Below are positions 12,101-23,014 of a stretch of 36,156 nucleotides of DNA, in pieces. Within the stretch, counting starts at the first letter, position 1. Every line of letters starts with the position of its first letter. The stretch is from Octopus sinensis (taxonomy: Eukaryota), in contig NW_021836843.1 in assembly GCF_006345805.1 (NCBI RefSeq), forward strand, positions 1-36,156. Reading direction: 5' to 3'. The notes under the pieces were generated by a model that worked only from the letters and a program-made list of their open reading frames with translations, did no database searches and was not told where the DNA came from. A program made the translations under genes and the position numbers.

Positions 12101-15100
12101 CCCCTGACTATCTATATGAGGCACCGTTGACTATCTATATAAGGCACCACTGACTATCTATATGAGGCACTGCTGACTATCTATATAAGGCATCGTTGAC
12201 TATCTATATAAGGCACCACTGACTATCTATATGGGGCACTGCTGACTATCTATATAAGGCATCGTTGACTATCTATATAAGGCACTGCTGACTATCTATA
12301 TAAGGCACTGCAGACTATCTATATAAGGCACCAATGACTATCTATATAAGGCACCACTGACTATCTATATAAAGCACCGTTGACTATCTATATAAGGCAC
12401 CGCTGACTATCTATATAAGGCACCGTTGACTATCTATATAAGGCACCGCTGACTATCTATATAAGGCACCAGTGACTATCAATATAAGGCACCGCTGACT
12501 ATCTATATAAGGCACCAGTGACTATCAATATAAGGCACCGCTGACTATCTATATAAGGCATCACTGACTATCTATATGAGGCACCGGTGACTATCTATAT
12601 AAGGCACCAGTGACTATCTGTATAAGGCACCGCTGACAATCTATATAAGGCACCAGTGACTATCAATATAAGGCACCGCTGACTATCTATATAAGGCACC
12701 AGTGACTATCAATATAAGGCACCGCTGACTATCTATATAAGGCACCACTGACTATCTATATGAGGCACCGGTGACTATCTATATAAGGCACCACTGACTA
12801 TCTATATAAGGCACCAGTGACAATCTATATAAGGCACCACTGACTATCTATATCAGGCATAGCTGACTATCTATATAAGGCACCAGTGACTATCTATATA
12901 AGGCACCACTGACTATCTATATAAGGCATAGCTGACTATCTATATAAGGCACCAGTGACTATCTGTATAAGGCATAGCTGACTATCTATATAAGGCACCG
13001 TTGACTATCTATATAAGGCACCGTTGACTATCTATATAAGGCCCTGCTGACTATCTATATAAGGCACTGCTGACTATCTGTATAAGGCACCACTGACTAT
13101 CTATATAAGGCACCACTGACTATCTATATAAAGCACCGTTGACTATCTATATAAGGCACCGCTGACTATCTATATAAGGCACCGTTGACTATCTATATAA
13201 GGCACCAGTGACTATCTATATAAGGCACCACTGACTATTTATATAAGGCACCAGTGACTATCTATATAAGGCACCGTTGACTATCTATATAAGGCACCGT
13301 TGACTATCTATATAAGGCACTGCTGACTATCTATATAAGGCGCTGCTGACTATCTATATAAGGCACCACTGACTATCTATATAAGGCACCACTGACTATT
13401 TATATAAAGCACCTTTGACTATCTATATAAGGCACCGCTGACTATCTATATAAGGCACTGTTGACTATCTATATAAGGCACCGCTGACTATCTATATAAT
13501 GCACCGGTGACTATCTATATAAGGCACCACTGACTATCAATATAAGGCACCACTGACTATTTATATAAGGCACCAGTGACTATCTATATAAGGCACCGTT
13601 GACTATCTATATAAGGCACCGTTGACTATCTATATAAGGCACTGCTGACTATCTATATAAGGCGCTGCTGACTATCTATATAGGCACCACTGACTATCTA
13701 TATAAGGCACCACTGACTATTTATATAAAGCACCTTTGACTATCTATATAAGGCACCGCTGACTATCTATATAAGGCACTGTTGACTATCTATATAAGGC
13801 ACCGCTGACTATCTATATAATGCACCGGTGACTATCTATATAAGGCACCACTGACTATCAATATAAGGCTCCGCTGACTATCTATATAAAGCACCACTGA
13901 CTATCTATATGAGGCACCGGTGACTATCTATATAAGGCACCACTGACTATCTATATAAGGCACCAGTGACTATCAATATAAGGCACCGCTGACTATCTAT
14001 ATAAGGCACCACTGACTATCAATATAAGGCTCCGCTGACTATCTATATAAAGCACCACTGACTATCTATATGAGGCACCGGTGACTATCTATATAAGGCA
14101 CCACTGACTATCTATATAAGGCACCAGTGACTATCAATATAAGGCACCGCTGACTATCTATATAAGGCACCACTGACTATCAATATAAGGCTCCGCTGAC
14201 TATCTATATAAAGCACCACTGACTATCTATATGAGGCACCGGTGACTATCTATATAAGGCACCACTGACTATCTATATAAGGCACCAGTGACTATCAATA
14301 TAAGGCACCGCTGACTATCTATATAAAGCACCACTGACTATCAATATAAGGCTCCGCTGACTATCTATAAAGGCACCACTGACTATCTATATGAGGCACC
14401 GGTGACTATCTATATAGGCACCACTGACTATCTATATAAGGCACCAGTGACTATCAATATAAGGCACCGCTGACTATCTATATAAGGCACCAGTGACTAT
14501 CAATATAAGGCTCCGCTGACTATCTATATAAAGCACCACTGACTATCTATATGAGGCACCGGTGACTATCTATATAAGGCACCACTGACTATCTATATAA
14601 GGCACCAGTGACTATCAATATAAGGCACCGCTGACTATCTATATAAGGCACCACTGACTATCTATATGAGGCACCGGTGACTATCTATATAAGGCACCAC
14701 TGACTATCTATATAAGGCACCAGTGACTATCAATATAAGGCACCGTTGACTATCTATATAAGGCACCACTGACTATCTATATAAGGCACCGTTGACTATC
14801 TATATAAGGCACCACTGACTATCTATATAAGTCACCGTTGACTATCTATATAAGGCACCACTGACTATCTATATAAGGCACCAGTGACTATCAATATAAG
14901 GCACCGCTGACTATCAATATAAGGCACCGTTGACTATCTATATGAGGCACCGCTGACTATCTATATAAGGCACCACTGACTATCTATATAAGGCACCACA
15001 GACTATCTATATAAGGCACCACTGACTATCTATATAAGACACCGTTGACTATCTATATAAGGCATCACTGACTATCAATATAAGGCACCGCTGACTATCT

Positions 15101-16038
15101 GTATAAGGCATAGCTGACTATCTATATAAGGCACTGCTGACTATCTGTATAAGGCATAGCTGACTATCTATATAAGGCACTGCTGACTATCTGTATAAGT
15201 CATCGTTGACTATCTATATAAGACACCACTAACTATCTATATAAGGCACTGCTGACTATCTATATAAGGCATCGTTGACTATCTATATAAGACACCACTG
15301 ACTATTTATATAAGGCACCACTGACTATCCGTATAAGACACCGCTGACTATCTGTATAAGGCATAGCTGACTATCCATATAAGGCACCGTTGACTATCTA
15401 TATAAGGCACCGCTGACAATCTATATAAGGCACCGCTGACTATCTATATAAGGCGCCACTGACTATCTATATAAGGCACCGCTGACTATCTATATAAGGC
15501 ATCATTGACTATCTATATAAGGCACCGCTGACTATCTATATAAGGCACCGCTGACTATCTATAGAAGACACCACTAACTATCTATATAAGGCATTTTTGA
15601 CTATCTATATAAAGCACCGCTGACTCTCTATATAAGGCACCGCTGACTATCTATATAAGGCATCATTGACTATCTATATAAGGCACCGCTGACTATCTAT
15701 ATAAGACACCGCTGACTATCTATATAAGGCACCACTGACTATTTATATAAGGCATCATTGACTATCTATATAAAGCACCGCTGGCTATCTATATAAGGCA
15801 CCGCTGACTATCTATATAAGACACCACTGACTATCTATATAAGGCATTGTTGACTATCTATATAAGGCACCGCTGACTATATGATGCACCACTGACTATC
15901 TGTATAAGGCATCATTGACTATCTATATAAAGCACCGCTGGCTATCTATATAAGGCACCACTGACTATCTATATAAGGCATTGTTACTATCTATATAAGG
16001 CACCGCTCTCTATCCTTGACAGTTCCTTGTTATGGAGA
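6113..16038 (-). mobile_element. Putative non-autonomous Helitron made almost entirely of a central tandem array
   Basis: Minus strand starts TC (16038-16037) and ends CTAG (6116-6113), with hairpin GGGTGG-N10-CCATCC (6145-6124) 11 nt before the end. It interrupts transposase coding. The target is T|A rather than canonical A|T. Confidence 0.5.
6158..16007. repeat. 23-bp tandem array, about 428 units, consensus AAGGCACC(G/A)(C/T/G)TGACTATCTATAT
   Basis: Period 23 (units start at 6161, 6184); few indels; stops prevent any long ORF. Confidence 0.98.
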
Positions 16039-16039
16039 A

Positions 16040-16985
16040 CAAGGAGTGGAGAAGTGGGATATAACCGAGAAAATTTAAGCCCTTTGCTGTGATACAACAG
16101 CAAGCAACACAGGTCAAGTGCCAGCACAAATCTAGAAAAACTGTTCAATCCTGACCTGTTGTATTCCCCTTGCCGTCATCACATTTTTTAGTTAGTTTTT
16201 AGGAGCTGTTTTGACTCACTGATGGCTGCAAACTTCTGGTCCAGACATAGTATTTTTCAAAAGATTTAGAGAAACCTGGACGAAAATCAAACAGAGGGTT
16301 TACATAACTTGTCGTAATGAAGTGCTTGATGATGTCCACTCTGCCGTTCTTGGATTTCTTGAATATCACCTTTCTCCGCAGAAACAGCAACGAAACGATT
16401 ACCGAGAATTGTTGGAGTTAACGATGGTCTTTCTTGGTAGCATTCCTAAGAACAGGATATTGTTTCGTACACCAGGAGCTGTAAGTCATGCTAGGTGGAT
16501 ATCAAAAGCAATTTACACATTCAAGATATACCTCTTTCAAGGTCAATTTCAGTTATCTCCTAGGGAGTAGAACTCTTTTAGAAGAATATGTATTTTTCTT
16601 GCTCGGTTGCATGTTCGAGCCTGGTTTCCGTCATCAGAAGTAATTAAAGCACCTAATTATGATTTCCTAGTCATGCGTCAACCGATAAATTATCAGGATA
16701 TTGATCCAGAAATCAGTATGGCTGCTGCGAAAAAATTTTCCATTCATCTCTGGTATTTAGCTCCCGAAACTGTGGGTCTATCCATATTTGATGACAATGT
16801 TCCAACAAAGGTGAAGGCAACTATTGCTCAAATTATGCCGGGAGCAGACAAAGGTGAAGAAGAGGAAGAAGAAAAAATCAGCTGAAGCGATTGAAATGTC
16901 TTTTCTTTTTTACAAACATCGAGTTTTCATCTTTTGTAACTCCTGGTACAAAAACTTTCTTCGCGAGATTTTTTATCAGCTCGCT
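16040..16985 (+). pseudogene. hAT-like transposase pseudogene, 3' part, frameshifted and truncated
   Basis: QGVEKWDITEKI*ALCCDTTASNTG (second Asp), LLYSPCRHHI (CxxH), RNDYRELLEL...PGAVSHARWISKAIY (ORF 16322-16570), HLWYLAPE (ORF 16607-16885), FVTPGTKTFF. No terminal catalytic Glu motif seen. Confidence 0.8.
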
Positions 16986-16989
16986 GATT

Positions 16990-17458
16990 CTGGGTCGCTC
17001 GCTCTTTCTGGGTCTGACCGTGGTCCGTGCAACATTGATATTCTTCCCTTGTTTGTGAAATTTCTGTATCACTGCTGTATGGCTTCATTTCCATACGCGC
17101 CAGCTTAATTCAATTCGTCCTTAGTCGAAAGACACATGTTGTTATGTCTTGTTATTATTTTTATCGTATTAATATTTGTGTAACATTGATTTTTCCGTCC
17201 TTGTTTTTGTATACATTTCATGTTTTCTTCCAAGGAATCTAATGCTCTTAGATTAGTTTTTCCTTGGGGCTGGCCAGATTGGAGCAATCTCAAGAATAAT
17301 CAACCGAAATTGTGAGGATAATCTGATTCTTGACTGAGAAAAGAAAACTTCGAATGACCCATCCTTGTTTTCTTTGTATCGTCTATCTGGACGTTTTGTT
17401 GTCCCATTTTTGTATCACCTGGTTGTCCGGATGTTTTGCTTTCTTGTCCCATTTTGTA

Positions 17459-17460
<2 letters not shown>
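16990..17460 (+). mobile_element. Interspersed repeat of the same family as 3580-4232, at the point where the transposase ends
   Basis: Shared CCAAGGAATCTAATGCT...CTTGGGGCTG...CCGAAATT...CTTCGAATGA; ends in (TA)n. Confidence 0.5.
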
Positions 17461-17497
<37 letters not shown>

Positions 17498-17843
17498 TAC
17501 AAAATAAGCAACAAGAATAACTTCGGTAATTTGGTACGATCGTTTCATGCTATATATACATATATATATATTCTACAGAAAGGTATTCGCGAATGCAGGA
17601 AGGCTGCGAAGACAGTTTCGAAAATCAGTTTCTCGCATGTGTGTGTGTGTGTAGCTAAGTAATGAAATCCAGAGATTCTCCGTATAGACGACACTAAATA
17701 GTGCTCAAAAGATTCAAACTTTGACTCTGATGTGTTTACAAGTGATAGATTCCACAAGGTAAAGATAGGCTATAAACGGAATCAAGTTGAGCGGGCATAG
17801 AGGCAATTATGCGGGTAAACAAATTAGACACATTAAATATATT

Positions 17844-18382
17844 CTTTTCTACTCTTGGCACAAGGCCCGAAATTAGGGGGAAGGGAGACAGTGAATTAGA
17901 TCAACACCAGAACGCAACTGGTACTTAATTTATCGACCCCGAAAGGATGAAAATCAAAAATCGACCTCGGTGGAATTTGAACTCAGAACGTAAAGACAGA
18001 CGAAATATTTATTTCTTTACTACCCACAAGGGGCTAAACACTGAGAGGACAAACGGATTAAGTCAATTATATCGACCCCAGTGCATAACGGGTACTTATA
18101 TAATCGACCCCGAAAGGATGAACGACAAAGTCGACCTCGGCGGAATTTGAACTCAGAATTTAGCGGCGGACGAAATACCTATTTCTTTACTACCCACAAG
18201 GGGCTAAACAAGGACAGACAAACGGATTTAGTCGATTATATCGACCCCAGTGCATAACTTGTAGTTATTTAATCGACCCTGAAAGGATGAAAGGCAAAGT
18301 CGATCTCGACAGAATTTTAATTCAGAACGTAACGGCAGACGAAATACGCTCGGCGTGCTAACGTTTCTGCCAGCTCGCCGCC
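17844..18382 (-). mobile_element. SINE family A, one head with three tandem bodies
   Basis: Three copies of ATCGACCCCGAAAGGATGAA; flanking direct repeat TTAGACACATTA at 17824 and 18383. Confidence 0.85.
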
Positions 18383-18416
18383 TTAGACACATTATTAAAT
18401 ATATTAAATATATCTA

Positions 18417-18805
18417 AGGAGGGGAGGCACTCCGTCGGTTACGACGACGAGGGTTCCGGTTGATCCGAATCAACGGAACAGCCTGCTCGTGAAATTAACG
18501 TGTAAGTGGCTGAGCACTCCACAGACACGTGTACCCTTAACGTAGTTCTCAGGGATATTCAGCGTGACACAGTGTGACAAGGCCAGCCCTTTGAAATACA
18601 GGTACAAGAGAAACAGGAAGTAAGAGTGAGGGAAAGTTGTGGTGAAAGAGTACAGCAGGGATCACCACCATCCCCTGCCGGAGCCTCGTGGAGCTTTAGG
18701 TGTTTTCGCTCAATAAACACACACAACGCCCGGTCTGGGAATCGAAACCGCGATCCTACGACCGCGAGTCCGCTGCCCTAACCACTGGGCCATTGCGCCT
18801 CCACC
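18417..18805 (-). mobile_element. SINE family C (tRNA-derived), full length
   Basis: Head GGCGCAATGGCCCAGTGGTTAGGGCAGCGGACTCGCGGTC...GGTTTCGATTCCC; TSD TAAATATATCTA at 18405-18416 and 18806-18817. Confidence 0.88.
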
Positions 18806-19086
18806 TAAATATATCTACCAGCATTATTATGGATCTCCGAACCCCCAGAAACAGCTGTTGATCATATAACACCTTTTTTCCACCCCTTTACTTTTCTCTG
18901 CCGTATGTAAGTTGGACCTATTAATATAAATATTTATACTTATAAATTCACCAACTGAAAGCTACCACCATTTGCTTTCTCCCGTTTTGCATGTTTACGT
19001 ATTACACATATTTTGCATTGTATTTCATACCTAAACCATAAGGTGTCTAATTTGTTTATCTGCATAATTGTCTCCATATATATATA

Positions 19087-19472
19087 CTCTTTTACTTGTT
19101 TCAGTCATTTGACTGTGGCCATGCTGGAGCACCGCCTTTAATCGAGCAAATCGACCCCAGGACTTATTCTTTGTAAGTCCTAGTACTTATTCTATCGGTC
19201 TCTTTTGCCGAACCGCTAAGTTACGGGGACGTAAATACACCAGCATCGGTTGTCAAGCGATGTTGGGAGGACAAACACAGACACACAAACATATACACAC
19301 ACGTACATACGACGGGCTTCTTTCAGTTTCCGTCAACCAAATCCACTCACAAGGCCTTGGTCGGCCCGAGGCTATAGTAGAAGACACTTGCCCAAGTTGC
19401 CACGCAGTGGGACTGAACCCAGAACCATGTGGTTAGTAAGCAAGCTACTTACCACACAGTCACTCCTACGCC
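19087..19472 (-). mobile_element. SINE family B, full length
   Basis: Complete head to ...GACTGAAACAAGTAAAAGAG tail. Confidence 0.88.
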
Positions 19473-19608
19473 TGTGTATATATATACACGGCCCTCTTTG
19501 TCCTTTTAAATATTATAAACTGAACCAGAGAAACCAGTCCTCAGCGCTGCTAATGTTCGCCAATGGCTTTATAAAATATGAAAATATTTACCCTCTTTTA
19601 TTGACTAC

Positions 19609-19639
<31 letters not shown>

Positions 19640-19809
19640 TCTCTTCCCTTCTTTATTTCTTTCTTTTTCTTCATCCACCGTCGTTCACCATTGCAAATCA
19701 AGAAAGATTATAGTCCTTTTTCTTTCCCCGCTCCGTCTCTCTCTTTCCCTTCTAGGTCTCTTTCTCTCTGTCTCTCTCTCACCTCTATCTTCCTTTTCTG
19801 TTTTTCTCG

Positions 19810-19852
<43 letters not shown>

Positions 19853-19985
19853 GGCTTTCCAGTTTTCTTTGTTTTACGACACCAATCTAATCTCTCGCAC
19901 TTGACATCTGTTTCAAGCTCGGGTGAACGCAGCCTTCTCTCACCGGGAACACGGCTTATTTCACAGAGGAGCAGACTACAAGAAC

Positions 19986-20076
<91 letters not shown>
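19986..20076. repeat. (GATA)n microsatellite
   Basis: Visible directly; another tract at ~21110-21211. Confidence 0.95.
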
Positions 20077-20077
<1 letters not shown>

Positions 20078-20353
20078 TGACAGACTGACTATGTACATCA
20101 CACATGCAGTAATGCTTACACGATGTCTACAGTTTTGAAAATGGTGTCAATGCAACAAACCTACCTTTAATGTATTATTGATCCCCGTAAGTGAGAAACA
20201 AAATTTAGTGAATGCCGGATTCGAACACTGGACTTAAACACACACAATCTGATTGAATCAATTACTTCAGTTCAATATCTGTGTATCGTAAATGACTGAA
20301 CGCATGATGCGTGCAGTTCTGTTTTCTCTTCTTCCTTTGTTTTCGTTTACACA

Positions 20354-20400
<47 letters not shown>

Positions 20401-20463
20401 TACATACATACATACATACATACATACGTTCATACATACATATATGCATACATATATGCATAC

Positions 20464-20847
20464 AGTGGCTGTGTGGTAAGTAGCTTGCTTACCAACTACA
20501 TGGGTCCGGGTTCAGTCCCACTGCGTGACATCTTGGGCAAAGTGTCTTTTGCTATAGCCACGGACTGACCAAAGCCTTGTGAGTGGATTTGGTAGAAGGA
20601 AACTGAAAGAAGCCCGTTGATATATGTGTGTGTGTTTGTGTGTCTGTGTTTGTCCCCACAAGCATCGCTTTTACAACCGATACTGGTGTGTTTACGTCCC
20701 TGTATCCTAGCGGATCGGCCAAAAGACACCGATTGAATAAGTCCTAGGCTTACAAAGACTAAGTCCTGCAGTCGATTTTGTTCGACAAAAGGCGGTACTC
20801 CAGCATGGCCGCAGTCAAATGACTGAAACAAGTAAAAGTATAAAAGA
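20464..20847 (+). mobile_element. SINE family B, full length, followed by an inverted partial copy (~20870-21020)
   Basis: GTGGCTGTGTGGTAAG...GGTTCAGTCCC...CAGCATGGCCGCAGTCAAATGACTGAAAC. Confidence 0.85.
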
Positions 20848-21110
20848 ATTATATATATATACATACACACACATGACAGGATTCTTTCAGTTTCTGTCGG
20901 CCAAATGTATTCACAAGCCTTTGGTTAACCCCTGGCTATAGTAGAAGACACCCGAGGTACCATGCAGTGAGACTGGACCCGGAACTATGTGGGTGGAAAA
21001 CCAATTTACTACACAGCGGGGCCTTCATGTTTGTATACACACACCCATACGCACAATATTTAAATACACACACGCACACACACACACACACACACATGTA
21101 TTATACTGAT

Positions 21111-21212
<102 letters not shown>

Positions 21213-21378
21213 CTGTGCACACATACATATGTTTATAAAGTGAGATCTGTTTCAGTCATTGAACACATACGCGAGTATTTATTTTTCTAAGTCTTTTAGT
21301 CGCGCCGCTAGGTTACGGGACATACACAAAGACAATTTTTTTTCAAACATTTTCAACTTAAAGACAGCCCCCGCCTCG

Positions 21379-21419
<41 letters not shown>

Positions 21420-21711
21420 CTCTCTCCCTCCTCTCCTCTCTCTCTCTCTCTCTCTCTTGTATATATATATATAAATATCTGTAAAATAATCTGGCCAGAC
21501 AACGAAGAGATGGTGTTGTGGATTTCCACTTCGGCATCTGAAACTCAGAGTTTTATCTTGACTATTGAATAATTGTCACATATTACTTTACAGATAAATT
21601 TCCTCTATTTACATAATATTGAGGCCTCTTTCTTTCTTTTGTTATCTTACCGTTTTTACCAATATAATTATATATATGTGTGTGTATATATACATACATA
21701 CATATACATAT

Positions 21712-21742
<31 letters not shown>

Positions 21743-22041
21743 TTAAGTAATACTTTATAATAGGGTTTCAGCAAATATTTGCTTCACCCATACCGAAGTT
21801 TAGAAATAGCAGTCAAAGAACCTTAGCTATTCCTTCTAATTAAAAGGGACTCCATGGTAACCAAATATGGATTGATTTTCGTTATTTTTCCTCTTTGCCT
21901 GCGTGGATTGTTTTCAAGTACTTTGGTTTTCTGGGAGTCCCTTTAAAGTAGAAGGAATAGCTAAGATTTTTTGCTGCTAATTCTAAACTTCGGTATGTGG
22001 TGAAGCAAATCATTGCTGAACCTAATTGAAGTATTACTTAA
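21743..22041. repeat. Long imperfect inverted repeat (~120-bp arms, ~55-bp spacer)
   Basis: Arm 21743-21865 pairs with 21922-22041, e.g. CATACCGAAGTTTAGAA / TTCTAAACTTCGGTATG and CTTAGCTATTCCTTCTA / TAGAAGGAATAGCTAAG. Confidence 0.9.
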
Positions 22042-22189
22042 GCTTACCATGAAATGGTCTTTTTCATGCCGATTCTACTTGGTGAAATTACTGATTACTT
22101 CCTTAAATTAATTTAATTTTGACTCTTTGTTATTATATTATATTTATAATATATAGATAATTATATATATATATAAGATATATATATAG

Positions 22190-22233
<44 letters not shown>

Positions 22234-22390
22234 TATTATATATAATATAAATATTATTATATTATATAATATATATATATATATATATCTATATATATAT
22301 ATATTATATATTATTATTCAAAGAAATTCCAACTCTGCCTATTTTTATGTTTTATTTATATTCTTTATAATATTAATGTAGAATATAAAA

Positions 22391-22573
22391 TCGGCCTTTT
22401 GGCTAAGATCAATGTGTAGTATCTGTTCTTATCAGCTTAGTATCTGATACGGTCCCTATTTGGGACCATCGATATTAAACTGATTTTTAGAACGAGGCGA
22501 AGAGTTAGGGGCTTGCTCCACCTTTGCCACGAGTTGGCCTGGTATAGCAGTACTTCCAGGATTCAGCCCACCT
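22391..22573 (+). pseudogene. U2: U2 snRNA copy, probably a retro-pseudogene; first ~8 nt missing
   Basis: TCGGCCTTTTGGCTAAGATCAA; branch-recognition GTAGTA 22416-22421; stem IIa ATCAG..CTGAT; stem IIb GGTCCC/GGGACC; Sm-like ATTTTTAG 22483-22490; stem IV CCTGG..GCAGTAC..CCAGG. Confidence 0.92.
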
Positions 22574-22647
22574 CCCACTAGAAACAGCGGTGGTGCCCCA
22601 GCATGGCCGCGGCCTTCGGGCTAAAACATTTTTAAGGATTTAAGGAT
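22574..22647 (+). mobile_element. Retroposon 3' tail fused to U2
   Basis: GGTGCCCCAGCATGGCCGC matches the family B SINE tail; ends in short tandem TTTAAGGA TTTAAGGA. Confidence 0.7.
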
Positions 22648-22980
22648 AGTAAAATGAAATGAAGTATTGATTGTCTTATTGAGTAGATGAAATGTTGAAT
22701 ATCAAATATTAAGGGACTAGTATACTTTCTTGCATTAAAGCAGTCTTCAAGGTCCCAAGTTGTGACAGGAGTGTTTCATTTTACTATATATATATTATTT
22801 ATACTATATATTCTATATTCTACATTAATATTATAAAGAATATAGATATAACATAAAAAACAGACAGAGTTGGAATTCCTTTGAAAAATATATATCCCTC
22901 TATACACAATCATACAAACCCCTTTATATATATATATGTGTGTGTGTGTGAGTGTGTGTATATATATATATGTGTGTGTG

Positions 22981-23013
<33 letters not shown>

Positions 23014-23014
23014 A

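Larger units (their letters stand above)
17797..19077. mobile_element. MITE-like element with ~33-bp terminal inverted repeats, containing two SINE insertions
   Basis: GAGGCAATTATGCGGGTAAACAAATTAGACAC (17800-17831) is the imperfect reverse complement of GTGTCTAATTTGTTTATCTGCATAATTGTCTC (19043-19074). Confidence 0.65.
22313..22890. mobile_element. MITE-like element with long AT-rich inverted repeats in a (TA)n context; left arm interrupted by the U2 copy
   Basis: 22313-22390 is the imperfect reverse complement of ~22811-22890. ATAGTAAAATGAAA (22646-22659) pairs with TTTCATTTTACTAT (22774-22787). Confidence 0.75.

Noticed and set aside
6158-16007. CRISPR array or repeat-protein gene
   Set aside because: The variable part is only ~4 nt and recurs; there are no unique spacers or cas genes; stops occur on both strands.
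18735-18805. tRNA gene
   Set aside because: tRNA-like head of a TSD-flanked multicopy SINE with no proper acceptor stem.
22391-22573. Functional U2 gene, or a Utopia/Keno insertion into U2
   Set aside because: The 5' end is missing, Sm and loop IV positions look altered, and no promoter context is evident. U2 is continuous through the 5' region those elements target.
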